From contig NEEC01000007.1 of NCBI GenBank assembly GCA_002189035.1, forward strand, positions 496,001 to 560,000: a stretch of 64,000 nucleotides of DNA. Reading direction: 5' to 3'. This document shows positions 40,466 through 60,433 of the stretch, in pieces. The notes under the pieces are model-generated. The model made no database searches. It saw only the letters and a list, made by a program, of their open reading frames with translations, and was not told the origin of the DNA. Position numbers and translations under genes: made by a program. The stretch is from Utricularia gibba (taxonomy: Eukaryota; Plantae; Magnoliophyta). How positions within the stretch are numbered: the stretch's first letter is position 1; every line of letters begins with the position of its first letter.

Positions 40466-41585
40466 ATGAACAGACAGTCGGAGATGGTTCTTGACGTCTG
40501 GAATTCCGGTTACGGGTTCGCGAAAATGGGAGAATCTCGCCAGGGTATCGGCAAGGCACCGGAGTCTTGTCAGAGGATACTCCGCCTGGAAACGGGGGCG
40601 GACATGGAACGGAGAATGAGGGTGACCCCCTCTCGGGTTTCGCTTCCCCGCCGACGAATCCCCGGGTGAATCTCTCCCTGGACGAGGCCATCCAATTCGA
40701 GATTCGACACGGCCGAAAACTAAACCCCAACATGGACAAAAGGAAGCTGAGGAGGTATGTGTTGTGTTGTTTTTCACAGCACATCCCTCCATTTTCTGGT
40801 ACACCTCATGGTTTCAAAATTGATGTTTCTGGTTGCTGTTTCACCAGGACTATATCGAACAGGCTTTCTGCTCAGAGATCGAGAATGAAGAGGGCTCAAT
40901 ACATCCATGAAATGGAGCAGATGGTGATTGAGTTAGAGGTAATCCCCATCGTATCAGAAATGCTGTAGCGCAAATGCAAATGTACATGTAATATACCTTT
41001 CTGCAGAGAATGATCTCCGCTATAGCCCCACAAATCGAGAGCTACAAAGAGCAGCTGCAGTTCCTCATCCACCAAAACACTTCTCTCCAAGAAATTGTTG
41101 AGATCAGATCCAACGAATCCAAACTTCGCGAGAGTAATCACCCTCATTCGATCTTACTTTTTTGGGGCTTTTTATCCTTACAGGTGCACTACATGATTGT
41201 CGGAAAACGTCCGAAATCACAACAGTTTTCAGCCTTTCTACGTAACTAAAATCAAATTTGGGCCTCAAACAACACTTCTCATGTAGGGGAGCTTGAGAGG
41301 ACCCAAATGGAGGCATACCGGCTCAAAGAAGTTGCTAAAGTCCTCAGCAGAAGCAGCCATGGCTCCGGTCTGGGGCTCGGATTTCATGCGGAACACGATC
41401 CATACGACCCGCAGGGCGGCAGCGCAATGGAAGCAGGTTGCGGAGTTGAATGGAGAAAGGGTTTCAAGACGAAGCAAGCGCAAGGGGAAACCCACGAAGA
41501 AGAGACTGAGGTGGATCAGTACATCAACTTCGAAGCAGTAAACTCGGACACGGCGAGTCCCGCCGGGACACGCACCGTTGCTTAA
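40466..41585 (+). CDS. bZIP transcription factor (group E/M-like basic region), 4 exons; start uncertain
   Basis: Exon 1 ends at 40754; the others are 40848-40938, 41007-41133 and 41287-41585. Basic region MDKRKLRR|TISNRLSAQRSRMKRAQYIHEMEQ followed by heptads. The bZIP frame has no ATG before 40731; upstream ATGs at 40466 and 40526 are one base out of frame. Confidence 0.8.
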
Positions 41586-42357
41586 CCAACTTGAAATTTC
41601 ATGTTTCTCAAATTGACAATAACATTCATCTTTTCTAATTTTCAAATAATCATTTCACTAATCATTATTTATTAATTATTTATTCGTGGTTCGTACAGCC
41701 TGTGATTTCGTCTTTTCTGTCCATTAAATCCACAACCATGGGCCCCACTCCACAAATTCAGCCAATCACTGATCCTAACGTTTTAAAATTATTCTCTATT
41801 TTTTTATTCAAGTCTTAAAGTCAAGAATTGAGAGTTTGCCCACTGATTCAAGTTTCTACTTAATTTTTAAAGATTTCAATCTTTAATCGTATAAAATCAA
41901 AAATTGAGATTTTTTGATTAACTCTAAAAGTCATTAAATTTATTGAATCAATGTTTTGGTGATTAAGTAAAAAATTATACTATTTATTTTTTATCTATTC
42001 TAAAAATATATTTATAATATATTATTAAATTATATAATAAATTAATAAATTAAACTTTATAATATATATTTTTTATTTTATTAAATGTAATAATATAAAT
42101 TTATATTATTTTACAAAATATTTTAACAATTTCAAACTGATTTTATTTTACATAATTTGAATCACAACTTCAAATTACACAAAAAATCTTTAAAATTAGC
42201 TGATTAATCAGACTTTGAGATTTGATTAATTAAAATGAAATGATCCATGTTGATATGTCAAACTAGATCAATTTTTCAAACAAGGTTTTACTAATACCCC
42301 ATCATTTCGAATTTGGATTCAGATTCAGATTGTATAAACACAAATTAGCACTAATGA

Positions 42358-45037
42358 TCAAGATAAAGCACAAGCAACTCCATGGAGAAACCCTACCAAA
42401 AGAAGAGCATGCACCATAGTCTTCAATTGTATTCTTCCTTCATCCCATCTAAAGGCCATGGCCTCATAGAAGGGTAGTGCGTTCATGACTGAGAAACCAG
42501 AAATCACCACTTGAAGGACGAAGCCACCATCATTCAAGACGAGGGTCCAACCCCAAGCCAATGCTACAAGGTTCAAGAATGCAGCAGCAACCATGGGCAC
42601 GAGCATGGTCGAATGAACTCCGAATTCGAATACGCCACGATCGTAACGCCGGCGTTGTTTTTCGTCGATCACTTTGCATGTTATGTTGAATCCATTGCTA
42701 GAAATCCCAAAACACTTGGTCACATACTCTATGGATCCAAATAGGTGTGAGGAGAGGCCTTGTGCAAGCCAAATCCTTTGGCTATTCCACCATCTCTCAA
42801 ATGTGCCTTGTTTGGAGACGAATTCGATATATTCTTGCCCATATGTGCCTAGAAACAAAAATGCATAGACCCAAAACATTGGATCATGAATCTACAAAAC
42901 AATTGAACTTATGTCAATACAAGATTAATTTGTATACGCACTTTAGAAGAGATGTCAAGGGCATACCTTTGGGAAAATGGGGATTCCTCTTATTAAGATC
43001 AAAGGAGGGAGAAATGCATAGATGGCAATGGAGATGGATCTCAAAGGTGAGAATGCATAATGAGCATAACCTAACCCCATAAGAAAACCAAAGGACTTCA
43101 TGCCAAATGTTAATGGGCTGAACTTAGAAAATCCCACCTCTAAAAGCCCAATGGACCACCTCTTGATCTGGCCCAACGAGCCCATTAGAGACACTGGAGC
43201 TTCTCCGAAGAAGGCCGGCCTTTCCGGGTCACAAAACACGGACCGCCATCCTTCGCAATGAAGCCGATAGCCCGTGTAGAAGTCTTCCACAAGCGATCCA
43301 TAACGAAACCCAATCTATAACATATAACAATGAAGTGATCTCCCAAAGTATGATCTTAAAAACATGAACAAAAACTTACCCTCAAGCCCCAATTAGTCCC
43401 GTTTTCGTAGTCGCAACGCGCCACGGATCCAGCTAATGCTAAAACCATTGGATCATCGATCGGGCTATCCGCTATAGAATCAGGATCTAGTTTAGGATTT
43501 TCACTCTTGGTATAGGAATATGGGCCTCCAAAGAACACACGACGTCGAAAGAAGCAACCGGTGCCGAAGTAGTCCGGTCCCTTGAGACCGTCCAAGCCGG
43601 TTGGATTGATCCGGAACACCAACTTGAGCTCACCATCATATATATCACCTTTGTTAAGCTTATTGAAACATTGCGGAAATTGAACATATCCGCAATCGTA
43701 ACGATTCGATGGGACAAACGAGCCGTTGAGATAGCATACTACTCTTTGAGGAGTCATGGGATCGTTTGAGAACATATCACAGTCGAGAGTAAGGAGAATT
43801 GGAGAGTTGGTCATGCATGCAGACACTCGGAGCTGCAATTTTTGTTTTAAAAAAAATTACTCAATAAAAAGGGGAAGGAAAATCTGACTGACCAATACGT
43901 TGAGGGCCCCGCCCTTGAAGTTGTGGGGAGTGGCTGTCCTCTTCTCTCTCGACACGTAGACGAGATTCGGCATGGGCCCACCTCCAGCATCCTTGTCTTT
44001 TTCTGAATTTAATAAAACCTGGAAAATAAAAAACTGGGTTTTAATCTCATTTTTTTTAATTTGTAAATTTAAATGAAAATTTCAATTTAACTCCACCTGG
44101 ATGACTGCAGGGTGATCCTGGGAAGAGAAGCCATGGGAGGTGAATGGGCTCAAGATCCGGCGGGCGACGTCGGTCGGAACAAGAGCTTCGTGTACTTCAC
44201 CGAGACGCGCCGCCGCCTCCACCCTCGTCTTCATTGTTTGGTATAGCCTCTGCAAGCCACTGAACTTAGGAGTCAAACGCAGCGGAATGGATCCTTAATC
44301 GGAGGGGTTTCGTATCGGCATTTAGATATCATCAAGATCTAGTGCTAGTGATTGGTCTTGATTATGATTTGGATGGCTCATCTGTGTTGGGGCTTACGGA
44401 TAAGGATGATCAGAAGAATTTTGTAAGGATAACACTGACAGCGAAATACGGATGGGAAGAGGAAGAGGGTTACCTTGATCTCCATGGTTTTGGGGTCACC
44501 GGACTTGAAGGAGAAGGCATCGGGATTTCTGTCTAAGATGTTGTTCTCTCTGCAGAAGGGTAGCCAATTCTCAGCGAACTTCGCCACCTCCATGAAAGCA
44601 AACATGGTGAGGGCGGATCCGCCGTCGTCGGAGACGTAGACCGATAGCTTCTCCGGTGGATAGTCGTACGCCATCACCGACAGCGCCGTGTTCAATGCCA
44701 CCATAGGCGGCTCCTTGTCGGGATCAGCCGTGCATATGAATATGTCCATCGGAGGGTAGTCTTTCCTGGGGATGACGTGCGGTAGGTTCTCCGGGAACTC
44801 CTTCCGGACGACGGGGTTCAGGCGGAAGGCCTGCCCGGTGAGCGACGAGAAGGCCAGAAGAATGTCGGCGATGAAGAGGAGGACTGAGGCGACGCCAGAG
44901 CTGCGGATGGCGTTTAGGTGGTGAAAGAGGAGGGAAAGTATGGCCAAACAGTGAAGGGCTGCGAATATGCGGTAAAAGTGGCGGCGGCGCAGTCGCCGGA
45001 CTGCGTGGAGAGGAGGCGTAGCCAAGTTGTTCTCCAT
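42358..45037 (-). CDS. CSLG: Cellulose synthase-like G (GT2), copy B, 6 exons
   Basis: Exons 45037-44474, 44249-44097, 44018-43893, 43832-43380, 43314-42967 and 42891-42358, with the same intron positions as copy A. Motifs: ADPDKEPP, DDGGS, LDCD, LVED and QIKRW. Confidence 0.93.
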
Positions 45038-45398
45038 TTTGGCTTCTTTTAGTTGGATAGAAGAAGCATCTGTGATATATAAACTGTCTGTGCACCTATC
45101 ATTCGCCACTAGGAAAATTGAAATCAGAAACCAAGTGACAGCAACAGGAATTTCATGACAAACCATACCAGAAAAAGAACATTCATTCGCTTGATCAACT
45201 GAAGCAAAATCCAGGACTGTACATGTATTTTACCCTAGTTTCTTTCCAAAAACGAAAGCAGGATCAATCCACATTAGCTATTCCGAAGGGAAAGTGAAGA
45301 TGGAGGGCTCACCCAAAATGGTCTTACCACACTGTACCGTTTCCAAGCTTCATTAATCCATTTCAATCAACCAATACGTATATATCCCATGTACATTT

Positions 45399-46348
45399 TT
45401 ATCCTTGTGGAAGTTGATGCTGGCCACCTCCAATGAGGGAAACCGAGCAGTGATGGTGCACCATGAACCACCTCCCACCATGGAATTCGTAGATGTTGGT
45501 CATGTTGAATGCCCGTGCTCCGATGTCGATATAAGCCTTCATGTTAACCCAAGCCATATCTGACAAGACACGAGTTCTTACATCCTGGATTTGGAAATCA
45601 TTGACATTCTCCCAACTAAACACTGACCGCCAGCTCCCCATAACTGCATCATAGCTAAATAGGAGAGTTGAGAGCACAGTAAGATCATCTTACCATGCTC
45701 CTTAAAAGGAATCAGAACCAACATAACATGGGAGCAGATAATTTCCTAACGCTCTTGTAGCAGTAAAAGAGAAAGCGGCATACCCACTGTATGTCTGGCC
45801 TGTAGCATGAAAACACTTCACGTAATCTGCATTAAGCCAGAAGCGTCCCATGGCTGGAAGTAACCTCTCTCGGACAATCCTAAAGAATTCAGCATTAACA
45901 GTTACAATAGCTCTCGTGGCTGCGTAATAAGCTTTCCATCCATTGGGTGGATTCACATTATCTTGCTCCAGTGTGAAATCCTGGTAGATTAAGCACAAAA
46001 GATTCAGAATTTTACTCATTTATCAGGCAGGAGGGGATTCCTAGCATCACCTAGGAGAAGAACAACAACTGAAAAACTACTTCACATTCCTTTACACCAC
46101 AGCAAAAGAGCAGTGCGCACCTTATGATATAAAGCTTTCCACGCATTGTCATCGTTCGCCGCTTTCCTCATAAGTGAATTCGTCATGGAGAGCCGACACA
46201 AGCTTGGGAAATCCAAGTAACTCAGGGCATGCGTTGTGATCTCCGGTACCAATTGCTCCATCATCGATGCCCCAGTCTGCTTCTCCACCGACATTTCCCC
46301 TCCGTTCTCCACACTACCACCATTTGCACCACTTAACCTAGCAGTCAT
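45399..46348 (-). CDS. SKIP8: F-box protein with a SnoaL/NTF2-like domain, SKIP8-like, 3 exons
   Basis: Exons 46348-46121, 45980-45784 and 45654-45399. F-box MMEQLVPEITTHALSYLDFPSLCRLSMTNSLMRKAANDDNAWKALY, then GWKAYYAATRA, WLNADYVKCFH and WFMVHHHCS. Confidence 0.88.
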
Positions 46349-46952
46349 CGTCTCAAGGAAACCAGTTATCCCCTCCTTCGTCCAAGAAATCGTCGCCGAT
46401 TTAACAATCAATGTCACAGTCCAACTCCCAGAGTACCATAACAGAATCCAATACCCTCACCCCCTATTAAAAAAAAATGCATCAAACAACGCTACAAAGA
46501 GCGATACAAGAAACAGCAAAATTCGCAAGCTTAACAGCAAATTGAACAAAAAAACCCTAATTTCGTTAGGATCGAGGAAATGCACCTCTTCTTCCAATCC
46601 CCAGGCGCGCACAACCCCGGAGTAATGCTGGAATTCAAACCCCAATCAATACAAGGGTTTCTTCATCGCTTTAAGCAACTGATCTTCAACCCAGAAAATT
46701 GGCAAAATTTCAAAGTGCAAGAGCTCAGAACTGCTGAAGATTAAAAAAAATACATGGGAAAAATGGGCAGTGTGCTTACTCAAAAAAATAATATATATAT
46801 ATATTAGAAAATATCATTATTTATTGCATTTTTTAATTTAACAAAATAGGCGATATTTAAAAAAAAAGAAATTATTGATATTTGATTTGCTCAAATAATC
46901 GGGTCGGTATTGTGGGATCCGAATCCGACGAACACTGATACTGATCAAGAAG

Positions 46953-50992
<4,040 letters not shown>

Positions 50993-51282
50993 CTTCCTTC
51001 ACCCAAAATCTTCCCCTTCAATCTACGTTTTCAACTGAAAGGTGAAACGAATTTTGTAGCTCTGGCGCATTTTTCTTCAACAACTCGACATTTCATCACT
51101 TGCAGCAGCTAAGAAGAATACATTCAGAATTCCCCAATACCACTTCCTCAGAAATCAGTGAGTGACTGCCTAAGAAGAACCAGCCGGAGCCCCTGCTCGC
51201 CACGCCATGAACGACGATAGAAAGAAGATGAGCGAGCACACGGAGGGTGATCGACACGCTGATAGCTTCTGTAGCAGGCTGA

Positions 51283-51343
51283 GGCCCAAATACGAGCCCA
51301 CATTATGGTCTATATATACGGACCATCCCGCCTCATAAGCCCA
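51283..51343 (-). promoter_or_regulatory. FtsHi1 promoter: TATATATA plus three site II elements
   Basis: TATATATA at 51311-51318; GGCCCA at 51283 and AGCCCA at 51295 and 51338. These lie about 300-350 nt upstream of the ATG. Confidence 0.45.
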
Positions 51344-51472
51344 TTTACTTTTTCCTCCTTCCACGTCATCCTTCTTCTACTTGATGTTTATATAATTATA
51401 TTATGACCCCTTTTAATCCATAATTTACACATTGGTCCTTTTACTGTAACCAATACAAACAGCAGCTAACTC

Positions 51473-53396
<1,924 letters not shown>

Positions 53397-54243
53397 GATT
53401 TCAATGACCTAGAAAAAAACCCACGAATCAAAGATCGGCTTTTTACCACGAGAAAGCACAGCACTGAATGAAGCAGCAACGGCCACTTACAGACCATTCC
53501 CAGAGAAACCGGAGAAAGTGACATACTATAAAAAAAAAAAAAAAAAAATAATAACAGCCCCTTTTAATACATATGAAAATATATTAATTAAATCTAAAAT
53601 ATTTTAGAATAATATTTTTAATTTGTAGGATGAAAAAGTCTATATTTTTATTATCTGGGGTAATTTCAAAAATTACTTCGGAAACGGAAAAAAGTAATTA
53701 TTTTACCTTTCCCCGTGTCGATCGGAGGCGTGAAATAGTCTGCAAAAATCCCAAAATTAAAAAATCAAATCTTGATGATGGTGGATGACGTGGCCGCTCC
53801 ATACCAGCAGGGAGGCAATCCCACACCGGAAATGAGTTGAAGATGGAGATCACTAATCGGACACAGACAGAACATGAACAAAAAAAAAGGGATCTTTGCA
53901 CCATGTCCTAATCCACAACTATTTATGGATGAAGAAACAGTGGAGAATCAAAGTTCCCAACTAAACACGAAAGAATAAACAGGGAGTAGGAGGAGGGGGA
54001 AGGTATGTCGCTTCTAGAGAAGAGTACTGAGTACGGACAACGTATATCCATGGCCTTAACAGGGAAAGCAGACAAGCCTCCTTTCACATCTGCAGGCGTC
54101 TCTCTGTGTCATTACAATGGCAAGATGGTAACCAATCACTGAGATGCATCGAAGTTAACTGCTGGACATTGGTCTGCTTTGTATCAGTAACTGGGAAGGC
54201 CCTTTGCTTCAGGCTTTCAAGTCAAAATGAAGGACTGAGCTCC

Positions 54244-57082
54244 TTATTCCCCATTTTCCTCAGAGCTAAGGAGCCTTTCAGCTTCATCATTGGCCTCAGC
54301 TTGCAGCCTCCATTTCTGAAAAGTAGAGCCATTTCATGTAAGATGAGTGTTTGGAGTGTTTTAGAGGGGGTGAGTGACATGCCTCTTCCAGATTTCCGAG
54401 TTCCATGATGTGTTGTATTTGTTCTGCTATGTTTTCCTGCAAAAAGGGTATCTGGTTTACGCTACAAAAACCAACAAATGACTCGGAAACGTTGGAATGT
54501 GGACATACTGAGTTGCTCACTGCTTCAGCAGCAACAGCATCTGAGTCCAGCTCCACCTCAATCTCAATCATTGAAGAAATCTGGAAATTTTGAAGCACAT
54601 AAAACCAGTGTCAGCTTTCATCCAAGACTTGGGAATCTATTTCTTTTCACAGCGTACTTTAGCATAGCTTTCTATGAGTTCAATCCGATTCTTAAGAGAG
54701 CTCTCCAAGCCCTCACGCACCCTTTTCACTCTGTTTCTCCTAGTGCTGAGATCAAAAGGAATGATAACCAATGAGAGGAGGGTAACCGAACTAATATGTG
54801 CAATCAGAGAGAACAAGCCAAGGAAATGTTTTCACCGGTAAGAAGGCTCCCCAACTGCATGGATCTTGTTTTCTAACTGGCACATTCGAGCGAGCATCCA
54901 TACCTGCAAAAATCTGGCTCCATTAAATGTACAGCTTAACAGATTAAGACAAGGGACTGTAGAAGACTAAGATCGAAGCTTCTGCAACAGACAGTTGAAC
55001 CATGTACTCCATTTTTATTGGCGCAGACATCCCGTGAATGATCAACTTTGACAAATTTCAAGTGCTAGCATAACTAGTGCTTAATGTTATCTATAAACAA
55101 TGGGAAAATTGCTCAGGAATTCTTCAAGTGGACCTCATTTTCGGTAGCCTTCTTCAGGTCCTTGATACGTGACTGGAGCATATCATACTGGGAGAGCAAC
55201 TGCTGCTTTATGGAAGTTACGTCAACTGATTTCTGAGGAAGCTGGCTTTGAAACATAAAAAAACAAGTACCATGTTAGAACAAGGTCGCATATTACATGA
55301 TGGGAAAAAGAAAAAAACACCCCTACCCTGTTAAGTTGAGGAAGAATGAGGCTGTTGACTGTTACACCCAAAGCGAAAGAGGAGACTGTTGCCACTGCAA
55401 TTAACTGAGGCAAGGTTGGGTCTACTATCCCTGAAGCAGCATCACCAGCAGCCAAAACAGCAAGAATTGGAAATAAAAGAGAAGGGCTGAGAATGGATTT
55501 CCCTGCATCTTTAGTAGGAGCTCTCAGCAATTGAGATTCTCTACCATCCTTATGGTTTGTAAGGCACATCGGCTCTCCTGAGTAGAAATTTGGATTTCTG
55601 GAACTCAGCTTAAATGGACCAAATTTTCGGTAAACTGAAAGCGGGGCTGCTGCAGCAACAGTCACTCTTTCACCTTCCTTGGCTGGTAGATCAACAGTTT
55701 CAGTTGCAAACCTGTGGGTTCTTGCACTTCCAGATGGTGTTTCCACCTATGTAAGAATCATAGTCTTGCAAGCATCATAATTCACGAACATAAAACTACA
55801 CAAAATCAATGTGCTTACCACGATTGAATGAACAGCTGATGGAAACTTTTGCTTCATTATTTGCAGGAATTGCAAACTTCGCTTCCATGCTGGAACATCC
55901 ATGCTGCGTTCGGCAGGAGGAGATCCTTAGAACAATGGAATATCCCAGGATCAAAACCATACACACTTTGTGGCTGAAGCAAAAAAAGAATGCATTTTCC
56001 TGGTCTTTGAATATGAAGAAAACACACCGACGAAGAAGAAGATTGAAAAAAAATATTCCAAAATAGCGGTAGAGAAGGAAACATAATGTAAAGATAACCG
56101 AGATCGTACCTAATTTCCTCTGAGTCTATGGTACTAATTCTGCCTGAAACAAGTTCATACTGATAGCGGCACTTTGAGCAGGACACCAACTGCATGATGC
56201 AGACAAAATTCGGTAAAAGGACTGGATACTTAATCAAGGGTGAACAGAACTCAAGCTGAGTCATGATCATACCTGAATACCATGCTGTGGCTGAGCAACA
56301 GCAACAGCTATCAGACAAGTTGGGCACCTCACGACCTTCCCAAAGGAAACCTGAAATTTGACTTGGTTCAGAAATAAGGCTTCCTTACAAAACTGTAACA
56401 GGACTACAGAAGTTAGTACCTCTTCCCCAGGAAAAACACCAACACGGCAAAGACAATCGACCAATCGTAGAGCATCCGCAACCCTGAATGATGATGCAAG
56501 ACCAATAATTAGCAGTGTGTAAGTTTCTACATCAGGTGTCGACCACTTCCATCTCCGAGAAGCATCATTCTCCATCCAGCCTGGGTTAACAAGTGAAGGC
56601 ACATTACAGAAATTGTTAAGGCTACTTAAAAACAGCACCTTTGTCATCAATTATATAATCAATGACGCATTCTGATAAGAAATTGACTCTTGGTATACCA
56701 GCATCAACGCTAGACCGCATTGCGGAAAACACCGAGAGGGCCAATTCAGTATTGCCATTATCGAGTGCCGCCGAAATGATAAAACGGCAATCAGCAGCGC
56801 TCACAGTCCCACCGCTCTTCTGTTGCCCTTCAGCAAACAGAAGCAGCACCTCGGACGCGTCTTTGGCGGCAGAAATTCGACCCAGAAGCTGCTGGTCATC
56901 CAAGATGCCCGAGGTAGAGGAAACACGATTACTAGTCGCCGAAACGACGTTTTTGGAGCCGAACGAAGTACGAAAACGCAACGGGGTTGTGCTCGCAAAG
57001 GAAAGGAGACAACAGCAAGGGGAAATGGGAAAATCGTGAATGGAACACGGGGTGAGTAGCAGCAACACAATTGGAGATTCAT
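54244..57082 (-). CDS. Plastid-type PPR-like protein with a CxxC..CxxC zinc ribbon, transmembrane region and C-terminal coiled coil, 12 exons, with an apparent frameshift near the N-terminus
   Basis: Motifs: LLGRISAAKDA, DCRFIISAAL..GN.ELALSVF, PDVETYTLLI.GLASS, VPFGK-like VSFGKVVRCPTC, CSKCRYQYEL, WMLARMCQLENKI, RIELIESYAKISSMIEIEVE and KWRLQAEANDEAERLL. It resembles a conserved plant family that neighbours UGE genes (from memory; needs BLAST). Confidence 0.8.
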
Positions 57083-58538
57083 GGGCTTCCGTGCATCTTG
57101 GTGAGAGGCTTCTTCAGATGAGGTTAAGGTTCAGTTGCGTCTATCAAGACGTTGGAGAGATGAGAAGCTTGAGGACAGCATTAATTCCCACCTCCCAAAA
57201 ATGCAAAATTACACAAACAGTAAAAATCAGGATAAGCAACACTGTTGAACCTGCAGTTACTCTTCAACCATTAAGAAGCAAGCTTTACAAAAACTCAAAG
57301 CTCATCCAAATCTGAAATTGAAGCAAAAAACATTAAAAATCGAAACTTGGGCTCCGATTTTACCCCCCTCTCTCCCTAATCTTCTTATTCGTAAACCCCA
57401 ACATTCCCCCTCCAGCTTTTTCCCTCATACCCTACTATCTTCCGATTTTCCAGTGTTCAATTGGAAGATTCACACTGCGGATTCCAAGCCTCGGTTCAAT
57501 TCGGCGGTCGGATTCAAACTCGCCCATCTTTACTTTGTCCCACTTGGGCCTGCTCAAAGACGACTTGGGATCCATTTTTCCAAAACGCTTCGTTGATCTC
57601 GCAGACCCTATGCTTACTCCCTCCATCCCCGACTTCCCGGAGAAAAGGATTTGACAAACCCCAGCCCTTTGACTCACAATATAATACGAATTTTAATTTT
57701 TTAATTTTAAATAAAATAATATAGTAAATTTAATTAAATAAAATCTCCGAAATCCTAAATTCAATTTTACTCTCATAAATTCATAATTAATTAATTTTTA
57801 ATTTAAATATATAAATATATCCTTTCCACATCTTCTAGTTGATTCGGACCCGTCAATCCCCTGCCCGCAATAGACTCCACCGTGGGAAGGCAAAATGCCT
57901 GCAAAATGAGGAATCCACGGGATTCACATGCAAATTTCTTCCAAGTGGGCCAGCCCAACACCCACACCACGCGCTTCTGGGGGCCGCCCCCACCTTATTA
58001 TTATTATTATTCGAAAATTGTCATGAAATCACTTTAAGAATCTTATAATTGATCATGGAAATTGTTTTTTTCCGAATGACTTTTTATAATTTATAGTTAT
58101 TTTGATTTTGAATAATATATTATTTTTTTAATTTTGGTAGAAGCACTCATTCTAATTTCTATTAATGGGGTGGGGGATGGAGATTGATGTGGGACCCGAT
58201 AACGCATATTTCTCAACATAGACTTTTTTTTTACTTTAATAGTATTTTCCAAATAGACACGGTGGATGCTGGTGTCCACTCGTTTTCAATAAAATTAAAA
58301 GAAAATTGACTATTTTTTTAGATTTTTAATACTCCTTTCAATGAGGGGTTTCGTATTTATTTATTTTAGAAAAATATGAGAAATTCAAATATAGATAATT
58401 GATTTTCCTAAATTGCTATTTTTGAATAAATGATTTCAGGGTGGCGTTATGTTTTGTGCATTTATTTATATAACCAAATCTGGGTGGGGATTTCAGGAAG
58501 GCGAGCGAAAGGAGAAGGCTGAGAGGGTCAGAGGAAAA

Positions 58539-60433
58539 ATGGAAGCAGTCGCGCTCCTCCTCCTGGTTCTCTCCCTGTTCGCAGCGCCGGCGTCTAGTTC
58601 GGAGAGTTGCCCGCCGGATTCCTGCCGCGCAGGCTTCCAGCCGGAGATCCGATTTCCTTTCCGATTGAGAGGTCGGAGCGCCCTCCGATGCGGTTACCCT
58701 GGGTTCGATTTGAGCTGTGACAGCCAGAACCGTACGATCCTCCGTCTGCCACAATCGGGAGATTTCGTGGTCGAGCACATCGATTACAGCGGCCAAGCGC
58801 TGTTCATCAACGATCTGAATTCGTGTCTACCGTCGCGAATCCTCAATTTCTCTCTCCATGAGTCGCCGTACCAAGGGCTCTACACGCGGAATTATACCTT
58901 CTTCAATTGCTCCTCCGATTACAGAAACTTCACCGCCACTAATTTTCCGCCGGTGCGGTGCTTGAGCGGCAGGAACCACACCGTCTTAGCGGTTTCTCCT
59001 CGGTCTCTCGTGGTGCCTGATATTCCGCAAAACTGTCGGCCCTTCACCACGGTCCCAGTCCCGGTTCAGTGGACCGTATCGCAGATGTACTGGTCGCCGG
59101 TGGATCTGAAGGAAGACCTTGAACTGACATGGCGCCAGCCATCCTGCGGCGAGTGCGTCAGCCAAGGCGGCGAGTGCAGGTTCCTCCACGATACCGGCAA
59201 CGAAGTTGGCTGCTTTCGGCCCGCCGGCAGAACAGGTCGGCACCTTTTCCGTTTTTCCCCCAAATTTAACCTTTACTCTAAAATTAAAACATTAAAAAGC
59301 TATCTTAATCACACCCTAAACCCTAAATTAACCTATCCCCTAACTCATTGCCTCCCTTTTCCTTTTTTAATTAATTTCCATAAATAAATAAATAAAACCA
59401 AAAAGATGAGCACTCACTTTCACTTTCCTACCTGATTGGCCTTCAATTATTTCATATAATTGATACATAAACTACTCTTAGGTGTCCACCATACCAATTA
59501 ACAAAGTAAGCTTAACCCCTAACTTTAGGTTTTATTTTGTTCTGATTCCGTAATCGGAAGTCATTCGTATTTGATAACAAATCTATTTTCGGAATGATTT
59601 CAAATCTGTTTCAAACACATTACTATTGTATAGTTCTAATCCTTTTAATAAACCATAGGTTAATTTTGGGTTGGTGATGATGAAGTCAATTTTTGTCATA
59701 GTAGAAACGACTGTGGGCCCCGTTAATGAAAATACCTTTGACTTTAGGGTATAAAGAGGCATTCTTTTGAGGTTCTACCCACTGGACTTTAGTGGGTAGT
59801 AGGTTGGCAAGAAAACGCCTCACTTTTTTTATTTTAATTAAATAATGTGATTGGTAGTTGGATTTCCACCTAATTTTAATTTCTGAATATTCTAAATTTT
59901 TGTTTTTTGTTTTTGTTTTGTTTTTTTATAGCGCTTCCAAGGGGTGTGATGTATGGGATCGTGGTCGGGGTCGGGATTCCGGCCCTGATATGCATCATTG
60001 GGCTGACATGCTACGCTTGTGGCATAATCCGGGCGATGAGTTTCGGACGCCGAGTCGACTCTGCGCTTCCGATTTCATCCTCGGAGTCTGTTTTCCGGTC
60101 AACCGCGGGCTGGACCGGCCCACCATTGAGTCATATCCGATCACTGTTCTCGGCAGAAGCTGCCGGCTTCCGGAGAAGAGCGATGGCACTTGTCCGATTT
60201 GCTTGGCGGATTACCAACCGAAGGAGGCACTTCGAAGTATACCGGAGTGTAACCATCATTTCCACGTTGAGTGCATTGATGAATGGCTTAAGGTTAATGG
60301 CACTTGCCCGGTGTGCCGTAACTCGCCGGAGGACGCGGCTTCCACCCCGTTTTCGCCGATGTCGGTGTTGATGCCGGCGTCGATCTCGTCATCCCCGTCG
60401 ACTGTATCGGGAGGGGTGCCGGACGCTCGCTAA
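58539..60433 (+). CDS. Secreted/membrane RING-H2 E3 ligase with a WAK GUB/association ectodomain (ATL20/21/22-like), 2 exons, with an apparent frameshift at 60107-60109
   Basis: Exon 1 (58539-59235): signal peptide, [22 protein letters not shown] and [11 protein letters not shown]. Exon 2 (59932-60433): transmembrane segment [16 protein letters not shown], then [11 protein letters not shown] and RING-H2 CPICLADY...[14 protein letters not shown]...TCPVCR. Confidence 0.9.

Noticed and set aside
40266-40804. Two long minus-strand ORFs (172 and 167 aa) over the bZIP 5' region
   Set aside because: They are antisense shadows of a GC-rich first exon, start at non-ATG or intronic positions, and show no recognisable domain.
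53766-53787. miR172-like sequence CAAATCTTGATGATGGTGGAT
   Set aside because: It has four mismatches to miR172 and no complementary star arm nearby.
58185-58195. snRNA-type USE (GTCCCACATCA, minus strand)
   Set aside because: There is no properly spaced TATA and no snRNA-like sequence downstream. It is more likely a TCP-type GTGGGNCC site or chance.
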